Source of the DNA: an uncultured delta proteobacterium
GTDB taxonomy: Bacteria; Myxococcota_A; UBA9160; SMWR01
NCBI GenBank assembly: GCA_963832165.1
Contig: CAWHTE010000004.1
Location: 384,001 to 448,000, forward strand
Length of the DNA stretch: 64,000 bases
Reading direction: 5' to 3'
Position 1 is the first letter of the stretch. Each line of letters opens with the position of its first letter. The notes under the pieces are model-generated. The model saw nothing but the letters and a program-made list of their open reading frames with translations, searched no databases and was not told where the DNA came from. This document shows positions 39,188-48,264 of the stretch, one piece after another. The translations under genes were made by a program, and so were the position numbers.

Positions 39188-40404
39188 TCCAGCACACCGC
39201 CCGCGCGCAGGCGCGTGATCTCCGCGGTGTCGAGGTGGAGCACGTCGCGCAGGATCGCGTCGGTGTGCTCGCCGATCAGCGGGCCGCAGTGCGTGTACCC
39301 GCCCGGTCCCTCGCTCAGGCGAAATCCCGCGCGCTCGGCGAGCAGTGCTCCGAGGTGCGGGTGCTGCGTGGCGATCCAGTGCCCGCGGTGCGCGAGCTGC
39401 GGATCCTCGAGCACATCCGACTCGCGCTGCACGACGCCGGCCGGCACGCCCGCGGCCTGGAGCCGCTCCATGAGCGGGTAGGGCTCGTGCGCGCGCGTCC
39501 AGTCGGCGATGCGCGCGTCGATCGCATCGCGCGTGGCGAGTCGGCCCGCAAGCGAGTCGAATGCGTCGTCGCGCGCCCAGGCGGGATCGCCCAGCTGCGC
39601 GCGCAGGGCGCTCCACTCCGCGTCGCTCGTGACCGCGATCGCGATCCAGCGGTCCTCGCCCGCGCACGGGTAGATGTTGTGCGGGCAGGCGTGGTCGTCG
39701 GTGTTGCCCTGCCGTGTCACGATCTCGCCGTTCGCGGAGAAGCGCGCGATCACCTCCGACTGGCAGTACACCGCGGTCTCGATCTGCGCGATGTCGATCG
39801 AGCGGCCGCGCCCGGTGCGCTGGCGCTCGAAGAGCGCTCCTGCGATCGCGAGCGCGACGAAGCGCGGCGCGAGCGAGTCCGTGATCGTGTGCGCGGGGCC
39901 GACCGCCTCGCGGTCGGGCCAGCCCGTGAGATGGTTGAAGCCCGAGATCGCCGATCCCTGGCCGCCGAACCCCGGATACGAGCGCTGCGAGCCGGTCTGG
40001 CCGAACAAGCAGGCGGAGACGCACACGAGCGCGGGCTTCTCGCGGCGCAGCGACGCGGCGTCGAGCCCCCAGCGCTCCATCGGCCCCGGCGCGAAGTTCT
40101 CGGACACGACGTCGGCCCACTCGAGCGCGAGCCGCTTCACGAGCGCGATGCCCTCGGGCTCGCGCAAGTTCACCGAAAGGCTCTCCTTGTCGGGGTTGAG
40201 CAGGTGGAACATCGGCGAGCCGTCGAGGCCGTGCGCGGCCCCGGGCGTCAGCCACAAGATGCGCAGGAAGTCGGGCGCCTTCGCGGACTCGATCCGGATC
40301 ACGCGCGCGCCGTGCTCGGCGAAATAGCGCGTGGCGACCGGGCCCGCGGCGCCCGCGCCGAGCTCGAGCATGTTCACGCCTTCGAAGATTCGTTTGGAAT
40401 CCAC
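39184..40404 (-). CDS. CaiB/BaiF CoA transferase
   Basis: AGPVATRYFAEHGA.VIRIES, ADVVSENFAPG, FGQTG, TITDS. Confidence 0.9.
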   Translation of the reverse strand: MDSKRIFEGVNMLELGAGAAGPVATRYFAEHGARVIRIESAKAPDFLRILWLTPGAAHGLDGSPMFHLLNPDKESLSVNLREPEGIALVKRLALEWADVVSENFAPGPMERWGLDAASLRREKPALVCVSACLFGQTGSQRSYPGFGGQGSAISGFNHLTGWPDREAVGPAHTITDSLAPRFVALAIAGALFERQRTGRGRSIDIAQIETAVYCQSEVIARFSANGEIVTRQGNTDDHACPHNIYPCAGEDRWIAIAVTSDAEWSALRAQLGDPAWARDDAFDSLAGRLATRDAIDARIADWTRAHEPYPLMERLQAAGVPAGVVQRESDVLEDPQLAHRGHWIATQHPHLGALLAERAGFRLSEGPGGYTHCGPLIGEHTDAILRDVLHLDTAEITRLRAGGVLE

Positions 40405-40453
40405 CCGATGGGCTTCGCTCGCCTGCGGCTCGCTGCGCGCGGCCTGCGGCCGC
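40401..40453 (-). repeat. Junction repeat copy 2
   Basis: Minus strand: GCGGCC-GCA-GGCCGC, GCAGCGAGCCGCAGGCGAGCGAAG-CCCATCG-GGTGG; its GTG is the likely start codon of the downstream gene. Confidence 0.8.
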
Positions 40454-41617
40454 TTACGCGAGCTCCTCGAACACCTCCGCCTCGTGCTCGCCGAGGCGCG
40501 GCGCGCGGCGGCGGATCCGCACCGCGCGGTCCTCGGTCCTCGCGAAGAAGTCGGGCAGCTCGAGCGAGGCGCCGAGCTCGGGCAGCTCGACGGTCGTGAA
40601 CAGCTCCCGTTCGCGAAGCTGGGCGTGCTCGAGGATCTCTCGTGCGTCGTTGCAGGGCGCGAGCAGGATCCGGCGCTTGAGCGCCTGCTCGTAGAGCTCG
40701 CGCATCGTGTGCGTGGCGAAGAATGCCGCGAACGCTCCCTCGAGCCGCGCGATCTCCTCGTCGCTGAGCACGTTGTGGTTGTAGTGCTCCCAGTCGTAGT
40801 CGCGCAGCCAGTCGGGTGCGGCGCCGGACTCCTCCATGAGCGCGACGGTCGCGATCAGGTTCTTCACGCGCGTGGGTCCGCCGCGCAGCCCGAACGACAC
40901 GTAGCCGTCGGCCGCGCGCCAGATCTCGCGCGTGCGCCCGATCTGGGGGCCCGCGCGCACCGCCTCCGTCTTGCGCAGCGGGTACTGCGCGGGAAACGAG
41001 AGCAGCGACTGAAGCTGGGTCTCGTGCAGCGATACGTCGACGATCTGTCCGCGGCCGGTCTCTTCGCGCGCATGGAGCGCCATCGCGACGCCGAGCGCGG
41101 CCTCGGGCGCAGCGTGGTAGTAGGCGGTAGGCATGCTGCAGCGCAGCGGCGCGCGGTCGGGATCGCCCGTGAGGTTCGCGTTGCCGCCCATCGCGACGAC
41201 GACCAGGTCGCTCGCGCGGTAGTTCGCGTAGGGGCCGCTCTGGCCGAACGGCGTGATCGCGCAGACGATCAGGCGCGGGTGACGATCGCGCAGGCTCTGG
41301 GGGTCGAAGCCATTGCGCGCACCGGGGCCCGCCGTGTCGAGCCAGACGTCCGCACGTGCGGCCAGTGCATCGAGCCGCTCGCGACCGGCCGGCGACTCGA
41401 GATCGAGCCGGATGCTGCACTTGCTCGTGTTGAGAGCGTGCCAGGCGAGGCTGCGCTCGATTCCGGGCGCCCCACCGATCCACGGCCCGCGCCGTCGCAG
41501 CGCCTTGCCCTCGGGCGGCTCGACCGCGATCACGTCGGCGCCGAGGTCGCCGAGGATCTTCGCGGCGAGCTGACCGGACTCGTCGCAGAGGTCGAGGACG
41601 CGGATGCCGTCGAGCAT
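40454..41617 (-). CDS. CaiB/BaiF CoA transferase (second subunit type)
   Basis: LDGIRVLDL, LGDLGADVI.VEPP.G, ITPFGQSGP, APRLGEH. Confidence 0.9.
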   Translation of the reverse strand: MLDGIRVLDLCDESGQLAAKILGDLGADVIAVEPPEGKALRRRGPWIGGAPGIERSLAWHALNTSKCSIRLDLESPAGRERLDALAARADVWLDTAGPGARNGFDPQSLRDRHPRLIVCAITPFGQSGPYANYRASDLVVVAMGGNANLTGDPDRAPLRCSMPTAYYHAAPEAALGVAMALHAREETGRGQIVDVSLHETQLQSLLSFPAQYPLRKTEAVRAGPQIGRTREIWRAADGYVSFGLRGGPTRVKNLIATVALMEESGAAPDWLRDYDWEHYNHNVLSDEEIARLEGAFAAFFATHTMRELYEQALKRRILLAPCNDAREILEHAQLRERELFTTVELPELGASLELPDFFARTEDRAVRIRRRAPRLGEHEAEVFEELA

Positions 41618-41627
41618 GGGGGTCGCC

Positions 41628-41635
41628 AGTATAAT
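41628..41635. promoter_or_regulatory. Overlapping bidirectional -10 element AGTATAAT
   Basis: TATAAT on plus and TATACT on minus, each exactly 10 nt from its ATG, in a 28-bp intergenic gap. Confidence 0.7.
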
Positions 41636-41645
41636 CGCGGCCCAG

Positions 41646-42482
41646 ATGAAGATTGGCATCACGATGTTCGCGACCGACCTGGCGATGAGTCCGGTCGAGC
41701 TCGCGCGCGAGGCCGAGGCGCGCGGATTCCATTCGCTCTACGTCCCCGAGCACACGCACATCCCCACGAGCCGGCGCACGCCCCCGCCGACCGGCGGCGA
41801 CGTGCTCGGGGAGGAGTACAAGCGCGCGCTCGACCCGTACATCGCGCTCGCGGCGGCCTCGTCGGTGACCTCGCAGATTCGACTCGGCACGGGGATCGGG
41901 CTCGTGGCGCAGCACGATCCGATCACGCTCGCGAAGGAGCTCGCCACGCTCGACCTGCTCTCGGGCGGGCGGCTCGTGCTCGGGATCGGCTACGGCTGGA
42001 ACCACGAGGAGATGGAGAACCACGGCATCGACGTGAAGCGGCGTCGCGAGCGCGTGCGCGAGACGATGCTCGCGATGCAGGCGCTCTGGACGCAGGAGGT
42101 CGCGTCTTTCCACGGCGAGTTCGTGCAGTTCGAGCCGAGCTGGCAATGGCCCAAACCGATCCAGCAGCCGCGACCGCGCGTTCTGCTCGGCGGCGCGCCG
42201 GGTCCCACGCTGTTCCGACACATCGCGGAGTATGGCGACGGCTGGCTGCCGATCGGCGGGGCAGGGCTCGCCGCCGCGCTCGAGCAGCTGCGCGGAGCGG
42301 TCGCGGCCGCGGGACGCGACCCCGCCGCTCTCCACATCGTGCCGATGGGAGTTCTCCCGAGCGCCGAGAAGCTCGACTACTACCGCGAGCATGGGGTCAC
42401 CGAATCGGTGCTGCGCGTCCCTTCGGCGCCGCGCGACACCGTGATGCCGGTGCTCGACGAGTTCGCCCGGAAGTATCTGTAG
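41646..42482 (+). CDS. LLM-class oxidoreductase (Rv2161c-like, probably F420-dependent)
   Basis: PEHTHIP, DPYIALA, LAKELATLDLLSGGR..LGIGYGW..EE, YGDGWLP. Confidence 0.88.
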   Translation: MKIGITMFATDLAMSPVELAREAEARGFHSLYVPEHTHIPTSRRTPPPTGGDVLGEEYKRALDPYIALAAASSVTSQIRLGTGIGLVAQHDPITLAKELATLDLLSGGRLVLGIGYGWNHEEMENHGIDVKRRRERVRETMLAMQALWTQEVASFHGEFVQFEPSWQWPKPIQQPRPRVLLGGAPGPTLFRHIAEYGDGWLPIGGAGLAAALEQLRGAVAAAGRDPAALHIVPMGVLPSAEKLDYYREHGVTESVLRVPSAPRDTVMPVLDEFARKYL

Positions 42483-42485
42483 GGG

Positions 42486-42971
42486 TCAGCTGCGCCGGCG
42501 CTTCCGCGTGCGCGCGGCCTTGCGGGCCGCGGCGCGGCGGCCGGCCGCGCCCTTGGTCCGCGACGCCTTGCGAGCGGCACGGCGGCGGGCCGTCGGCCCG
42601 CGCTTGCGCGCGGAGCTCTTCGCCTGGCGTGCGAGCGCGGAGCGCGACGCCGTACTGTGTCGCTCGCGCCGGAGCCAGGCGAGCACGGCGCTGCCGCGTC
42701 TTCGCGACGGCTTCTTGCCCGCGCGTTTGGCAGCACTGCGCGCGCTCTTGCGCGTGCGAGCGGAGGCGCGCTTCGGTACGCGGAGCTTCACGCCCGCGCG
42801 GCGCGCCTTGGAGAGGCCGATCGCAATCGCCTGCTTCGTCGATCGCGCACCGTGCTTGCCCTCGCGGATGTGATGAATCTCCTCGCGCACGAACTCGCCG
42901 GCTTGGCTGCTCGGCGACTTGCCCTGTCGGCGGGCCTTGCGGGCCCGCTTCAATGTCCGGGTCTCCGGCAT
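42486..42971 (-). CDS. Highly basic histone-like protein (DUF6496-like motif)
   Basis: KQAIAIGLSKARRAG motif; about 57 of 161 residues are Lys/Arg; SD AAGGAGG. Confidence 0.8.
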   Translation of the reverse strand: MPETRTLKRARKARRQGKSPSSQAGEFVREEIHHIREGKHGARSTKQAIAIGLSKARRAGVKLRVPKRASARTRKSARSAAKRAGKKPSRRRGSAVLAWLRRERHSTASRSALARQAKSSARKRGPTARRRAARKASRTKGAAGRRAAARKAARTRKRRRS

Positions 42972-43003
42972 GAGATCCTCCTTGCGGCGCTGCTCGATAT
43001 TTG

Positions 43004-43019
43004 TGCAAGGCGCGTGCCA
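43004..43019 (-). promoter_or_regulatory. Sigma54 (-24/-12) promoter
   Basis: TGGCAC-gcgcc-TTGCA on minus, about 33 nt upstream of the basic-protein start. Confidence 0.8.
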
Positions 43020-43035
43020 GCGCGATCATCCTCCC

Positions 43036-43603
43036 ATGGCAATTCTTGCCACGCAGACGCTGCGCGAAGCCGCGGCAATCTCATCATGTGGATATGAAGG
43101 ATGCCGGCGTGGACGCGGACGCCGACGCGCGCTGGGTTCGGATCCGGATCGGTCCGATTCCGTTCGCGTATCCGAACACGAAGGCGCGCAAGCGCCTCGT
43201 GCTCGCGCACGACCTGCAGCATCTGCTGACCGGCTATGGGACCGATCTGATCGGTGAAGCGGAGCTGGGCGCTTGGGAGCTCGGAACCGGAGTGCGCGAT
43301 CGCAGCGGGTGCGTTATGCGATCCGCGTGTTCGGGTTCATGCTGCCGCGCTCGCCTGCGCGACTGCGCCGAGCGTTCGTGCGTGGGCGCCACTGCCGGAA
43401 CCTGCTTGGGCATCGGCTCGACGCCGCCGCGCTGTCGCGCACGGTCTCCGACTTGCGCCGAGAACTCGGGCTCGATCGAACCGTTCCCGGATGCGACCGC
43501 GGAAGACCTGCGCGAGTGGCGCCGCTGGGCCGCGAAGGCGATCGCGGTGGTCTGGGGCCCGATCATCCCGATCGCCGCGATCACGTGGTGGTGGCTCTCG
43601 TAA
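43036..43603 (+). CDS. Coq4-like metal-binding hypothetical protein; about 3 frameshifts
   Basis: HDLQHLLTGYGTD..GEAE motif (HDxxH..E); start inferred at ATG 43036; C-terminal TM helix. Confidence 0.6.
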
Positions 43604-43616
43604 TCGTCCGTCCTCG

Positions 43617-44150
43617 TCAGCGCTTGCGGGGGCTGCCCGAGCGGATCGGAATCACGTTGCGCAGCTGCTCGGCGGGGAACGCCTCGCCGCGCACGAAAGC
43701 GGCGATCCCGGCATCGATCAGGCCGAAGAACGCCTCGAGGTGTGCGAGGCGCTGCTCGATCTCCGGCGATGCCCCGGCGCGCGCCTCCGCGGCGGCCGCG
43801 CGCGCGTCGGCGACGGCCGTCAGTACCTGGCGCACCGTCCAGCGGAAGCGACGCTCGAAGATCTCCTGCATCGCGCGGAAGAAGTCGGTCGCGGCCTGAT
43901 AGTGATCGCGGCGCGAGCCCGGCACCGGTTGCCGGCGGACCAGGTGCCACTCGACGAGCGCGCGGATGTTGAGCGAGACGTTGCTCTTGCTCTGGCTCAG
44001 CTCGGCGGCGATCTCCTCGAGCGAGAGCGGCCGCTCGCTCAGGTAGAGGAGCCCGAAGATGCGCGCCTGCTGCTGCGAGAGGATTCCCGATGCGGCGGCG
44101 GCCGCGCCGAGTCCGTCGGTGAGTGTGCCGGCCACGCGATCCATGTTCAC
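43617..44150 (-). CDS. GbsR/MarR family transcriptional regulator
   Basis: ARIFGLLYL...PLSLEEIA.EL..SKSNVS.NIR.L..W.LV....PGSRRDHY.A. Confidence 0.88.
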   Translation of the reverse strand: MNMDRVAGTLTDGLGAAAAASGILSQQQARIFGLLYLSERPLSLEEIAAELSQSKSNVSLNIRALVEWHLVRRQPVPGSRRDHYQAATDFFRAMQEIFERRFRWTVRQVLTAVADARAAAAEARAGASPEIEQRLAHLEAFFGLIDAGIAAFVRGEAFPAEQLRNVIPIRSGSPRKR

Positions 44151-44941
44151 CCCATTGCGCTCGTCGGGTCGGGGCGGTGCGCGTGCCGAGCTCGTCTGCG
44201 GTCGTCGAACAGGACGACGAGCGGTCCGACCACGAGCGCCGCGATCAGCCACGCTCCCCCGTCGGCGAACAGGTGATCGTGCAGCGCGCGGAGCGCGACC
44301 GTGAGCCCGAGGCCGAGCAGCATCGCCCGATAGGGCAGCTCCGACGGCACCAGGCGCTGCCGACCCGCGACGATCGCCGCAAACGGGAGGATGGAGCTCT
44401 CCGCGGCGAACCGCGCGTACGAGTCGCCGCGCAGCACCGCGAGTTTCTCGTCCTGGAGCCTGGCTCCGATCAGTGAGTACACGCCGAGGATCCCCATGAA
44501 GACCGCGCCGACCGCGCGCGTGGCGAGCAGCGCGTGCGCGATGCCGAGCAGAGCGGTGCCGACGAAGAAGGGATGGCGCGTCACGCGTTCGAGCCCGCGC
44601 GGTCCGCGCTCCTGCTGTCTACTGAACGCGAAGGGAGAGGTCGGATAGCCCGCGAACGCCCCGCTCATCAGCGCGATGCCTAGCGCGATCATCGCGACGA
44701 GTGCCGCGCGCGCCGCGCCGTGCGTTCCGAGTCCGGGCCCGGCCGGTCCTTCGCCCGCGTGCGCGGCGTAGACGGACACGCCGAGACCGAACGTGAGCCA
44801 GGCGACCAGCGAAAACGAGATCGTGAAGCCCATCGGGCCCAGGCGCGCGATCAGGCGCTGCCGCAGCGGAGGCCAGGCGAGCCCGAGGTGAGTGAGGACG
44901 AAGGGTGCAAGCGAGATCGCGACGGCGAGAACCGGGTGCAT
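44147..44941 (-). CDS. NnrU-family membrane protein
   Basis: THLGL....LR..LI..LG, RGLERVTRHPF, G..LQD.K, SSILPFAAI..GRQ; SD GGAGG. Confidence 0.82.
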   Translation of the reverse strand: MHPVLAVAISLAPFVLTHLGLAWPPLRQRLIARLGPMGFTISFSLVAWLTFGLGVSVYAAHAGEGPAGPGLGTHGAARAALVAMIALGIALMSGAFAGYPTSPFAFSRQQERGPRGLERVTRHPFFVGTALLGIAHALLATRAVGAVFMGILGVYSLIGARLQDEKLAVLRGDSYARFAAESSILPFAAIVAGRQRLVPSELPYRAMLLGLGLTVALRALHDHLFADGGAWLIAALVVGPLVVLFDDRRRARHAHRPDPTSAMG

Positions 44942-44961
44942 GGCAGACCTCCGGGCGCGCT

Positions 44962-45002
44962 GTTCATACCGAACGTTTAATATATTCTGCACGTTCTGGC
45001 AA
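44962..45002 (-). promoter_or_regulatory. AT-rich promoter with inverted repeats; candidate operator of the GbsR/MarR regulator
   Basis: GAACGT-N14-ACGTTC (44971-44996) and GTTC-N5-GAAC; TTGCCA -35-like hexamer on minus. Confidence 0.45.
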
Positions 45003-45017
45003 GTTGGCGACTCGGAA

Positions 45018-45968
45018 TCAAGGCGCGAACCCGGGCGCCTCCACGACCGGAATCACCTCGGCCGCGAGACGATCGACCTGGTCGAACACCTCGCGCGTGC
45101 CGCGCGCGAGTGGGATCAGCACGTACTTGCTCGCGCCCGCCGCGATCGTGCGGCGCAGCCGCTCGATCAGGTCCACGGCCGCCCCGACGGCGATCGGCGG
45201 CTCGTCACCCGCTGCGAAGCCACGCGCGCGCAGCGCACCCGCGAATCGCGACACGGCCGGATCGTCGGCGGTGCCGAAATGAAATAGCAGTGTTGCACCG
45301 TAGTGGTCGGCGTCGATCGAGCGTCCCGTCGTCGCGAGCTCGTCGCGGATCGCGCGGATCACCGGGCCGATCTGATCGGGCGGCATCAGGCCGCCGAGCC
45401 AGCCCGTGCCGATTCGCGCCGTGCGGCGGATCGCCGCGGGGCTGTGGCCCCCGATCCAGAGCGGGAGCGGCTGCTGCACCGGGAGCGGCGCGATCTGCGC
45501 GCCCTCCCATTGAAAGTGCTTCCCTGCGAACGTCACCTTCTCGCCCGCCCACAGCCGGCTCATCAGCTCGAGCGATTCGTCGGCGCGGCGGCCGCGCTGC
45601 TTCGGGTCGCGCCCCGTCGCGCGCCAGGTCGGATCGTTCTCGCTGCCCACACCAAACACGGGCAGGAGCCGTCCGCCCGAGAGGTAATCGATCGTCGCGC
45701 ACTGCTTCGCGAGCAGAAGCGGGTCGCGGTGCGATACGACCACCGCGTTCATCCCGAACTTGAGCCGCGACGTCGCGCCCGCGAGCGCGGCCATCGCCGA
45801 CATCGATTCGAGCTGGGGATCGGCGCCGATCAGGCGGTCGCTCTGCCAGAGCGAGTCGACGCCCGCCGCTTCGCAGCGTTCGGCAAGCGCGAAGAAATCG
45901 CGCGCGGCGTCGAAGCTGAAGCCGGCCGTGCCGACGCCGATGCGGACCTTCAGCGGCGGATCGGTCAC
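45018..45968 (-). CDS. LLM-class flavin/F420-dependent oxidoreductase
   Basis: DSLWQSDRL, LAKQCATIDYLSGGRL, PLPLWIGG.S.AAIRR. Confidence 0.87.
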   Translation of the reverse strand: MTDPPLKVRIGVGTAGFSFDAARDFFALAERCEAAGVDSLWQSDRLIGADPQLESMSAMAALAGATSRLKFGMNAVVVSHRDPLLLAKQCATIDYLSGGRLLPVFGVGSENDPTWRATGRDPKQRGRRADESLELMSRLWAGEKVTFAGKHFQWEGAQIAPLPVQQPLPLWIGGHSPAAIRRTARIGTGWLGGLMPPDQIGPVIRAIRDELATTGRSIDADHYGATLLFHFGTADDPAVSRFAGALRARGFAAGDEPPIAVGAAVDLIERLRRTIAAGASKYVLIPLARGTREVFDQVDRLAAEVIPVVEAPGFAP

Positions 45969-46888
45969 CGCAGCGGCCGCAGCAGCTGATCCCCGAACTT
46001 GGCGACCGTGTCGCAGTATTCCGCGCGCGTGCGCGCGTGCGGCAGCGAGATCGTCACCCAGGTGACGCCGCGCTCGCGCAGCCCCTCGATGTTCGACTCG
46101 AACTCGGCCGGGTCGATCGTCTCGGGCGCGTGCATCGAGAGTCCGAACGGCACGAACGTGACGTCGAGGGCGCGCGTGCGGCCGATCTTGTCCGCGTAGT
46201 CGCGCGCGTAGCGCAGCCGCGCGTCGAAATCGGCCATGCTCGTGATCTCGGCCGTGCGCACGCGCTCCTTCACGATCCCGACCGTCGGGAACGGGATCCA
46301 GCCGTCGCCGAGCTCGACCGCGCGACGGATCGCGCGTTCGCTGTTGCCGCCGACCCAGATCGGCGGGTGCGGCTTCTGGATCGGGCGCGGGAGCTGTGTG
46401 TTGCCCGTCGCCGCGAAGTGTCGCCCGATCAGCTCGACGCCGTCCTCGGTCCACGCGCGCTTCATCGCGCGGATCGTCTCGTCGGCGACGTCGTTGCGCG
46501 CGTCGAAGTCGGCGCCGAGCGCCTGGAACTCGCGCTTCAAATAGCCCGCGGCCACGCCCAGGATCAGCCGGCCGCCCGACAGCACGTCGAGCGTGCTGGC
46601 GGCCTTCGCGAGGATGAACGGGTTGCGGTAGCCGAGCACGGTGATGTTGGTCTGCACGCGCAGCGTGCTCGTGGCGGCCGCCGCGAACGCGAGCGCCACG
46701 AACGGATCGAGCGCGTGGTGACCGCCGCTCGCGAGCCAGCGGTCGTTCGGGAACGGGTGGTCGGTGACGAAGCACGCGTCGAAGCCGGCCGCCTCGACCG
46801 CGTGCGCCATGTCCGAGATCGCGCGCGCACCGACGAACTCGTCGCCCTGGGAAACCCGGTCAGTGGGAAGCTGGATCGAGAAGCGCAT
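45965..46888 (-). CDS. LLM-class oxidoreductase (probably F420-dependent)
   Basis: VTDHPFP, LDPFVAL, YRNPFILAK..STLDVLSGGRL, GDGWIPF; TATCTT 10 nt upstream of ATG. Confidence 0.88.
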   Translation of the reverse strand: MRFSIQLPTDRVSQGDEFVGARAISDMAHAVEAAGFDACFVTDHPFPNDRWLASGGHHALDPFVALAFAAAATSTLRVQTNITVLGYRNPFILAKAASTLDVLSGGRLILGVAAGYLKREFQALGADFDARNDVADETIRAMKRAWTEDGVELIGRHFAATGNTQLPRPIQKPHPPIWVGGNSERAIRRAVELGDGWIPFPTVGIVKERVRTAEITSMADFDARLRYARDYADKIGRTRALDVTFVPFGLSMHAPETIDPAEFESNIEGLRERGVTWVTISLPHARTRAEYCDTVAKFGDQLLRPLR

Positions 46889-47066
46889 CGCGGCGAGCAA
46901 GATACTCGCACGGCTTGAGAAACGTCAGCCGAATCCGAAACATGCCGGGACGGTGCGCCGCGATCGGCTTGGCAGTCCGCCGGTCCGCTTCTATCGTGTG
47001 GCTCCCCAGAACCCCCCGGACCCGCGAGCGCCCGCTCCCCGCGGTCCCCCCAGCCAGGAGCGCTCC

Positions 47067-48257
47067 GTGGATCTCCGCTACTCCGCCTCCGACGAGGCCT
47101 TCCGCAGGGAGCTGCGCGCCTGGCTCGCCGAAGCCGTGCCCGCGCAGGGGCCGGTGCCCAGCGAGCACGCCGATTGGGAGACGCGCTGCGAGTACGATCA
47201 GTCCTGGCAGCGCAAGCTCTACGAAGCGGGCTATGCGGGCATCAACTGGCCGAAGGAGTACGGCGGCCGCGACGCCTCGCTGACCGAACAGCTCGTCTAC
47301 TACGAAGAGACCGCGCGCGCGCACGCGCCCTACGTCGGCGTCAATTTCGTCGGGCTGCTCCACGGCGGGCCCACGATCATGGCCGAAGGCACGCCGGAAC
47401 AGAAAGAGCGCCACATCGGGCCGATCATCCGCGGCGAGCAGATCTGGTGCCAGGGGTTCTCCGAGCCCACCGCGGGCTCCGACCTCGCGTCGCTCAAGAC
47501 GCGCGCGGTGCGCGACGGCGACCACTACGTCGTGAACGGTCACAAGATCTGGACCTCGTTCGCGCACGTCGCGCACTACTGCGAGCTGCTCGTGCGCACG
47601 AATCCCGACGAGAAGCACCGCGGCATCACCTGGCTCGCGATGCCGATGGACCTCGACGGAATCGAGATCCGTCCGCTGCCGACGCTGCTCGGGGCCGGTG
47701 AATTCTCCGAGATGTTCCTCGAGGACGTGCGCGTGCCGGTGGAGTGCCGCGTGGGCAAGGAGAACGACGGCTGGCGCGTCACGAACGTCACGCTCTCGTT
47801 CGAGCGCGGCACGGCGCTCGCGAGCGACATGGTCAAGCTGCAGGAAGCGCTGCGCACGCTGACCGCGGTGGCGAAGCGGATCACGCGCGACGGTGCCACC
47901 GCCTGGGAAGACCGCGCGCTGCGCCGCGAGATCGGCCATGCGGCCGCGGAGGCCGACGCGCTCTGGGCGCTCGTGAAGTACATGGTGAGCGAAGTGGGCA
48001 AGACGGGCGTACCCGGCATGACCGGCTCGTGCCTCAAGCTCTACTACACCGAGCTCAAGCAGCGGATCGGCGAGCTCTCGATGCGCGCGCTCGGCCGCGC
48101 GACGCTGAGCCGCGAGGACGTCGCGGGGCTGCCGTCGCACGACATCGTGTTCGAGGCGCTCCAGTCGCTCTCGATGACGATTGCCGCGGGATCGTCGCAG
48201 ATCCAGCGCAACATCATCTCCGAACGGATCCTGGGTCTGCCCAAGGAACCGCGCTAG
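47067..48257 (+). CDS. Acyl-CoA dehydrogenase (alpha subunit)
   Basis: WCQGFSEP.AGSDLASL, NGHKIWTS, LSFERG, TIAAGSSQIQRNII.ERILGLP. Confidence 0.92.
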   Translation: MDLRYSASDEAFRRELRAWLAEAVPAQGPVPSEHADWETRCEYDQSWQRKLYEAGYAGINWPKEYGGRDASLTEQLVYYEETARAHAPYVGVNFVGLLHGGPTIMAEGTPEQKERHIGPIIRGEQIWCQGFSEPTAGSDLASLKTRAVRDGDHYVVNGHKIWTSFAHVAHYCELLVRTNPDEKHRGITWLAMPMDLDGIEIRPLPTLLGAGEFSEMFLEDVRVPVECRVGKENDGWRVTNVTLSFERGTALASDMVKLQEALRTLTAVAKRITRDGATAWEDRALRREIGHAAAEADALWALVKYMVSEVGKTGVPGMTGSCLKLYYTELKQRIGELSMRALGRATLSREDVAGLPSHDIVFEALQSLSMTIAAGSSQIQRNIISERILGLPKEPR

Positions 48258-48264
48258 AGGAACC

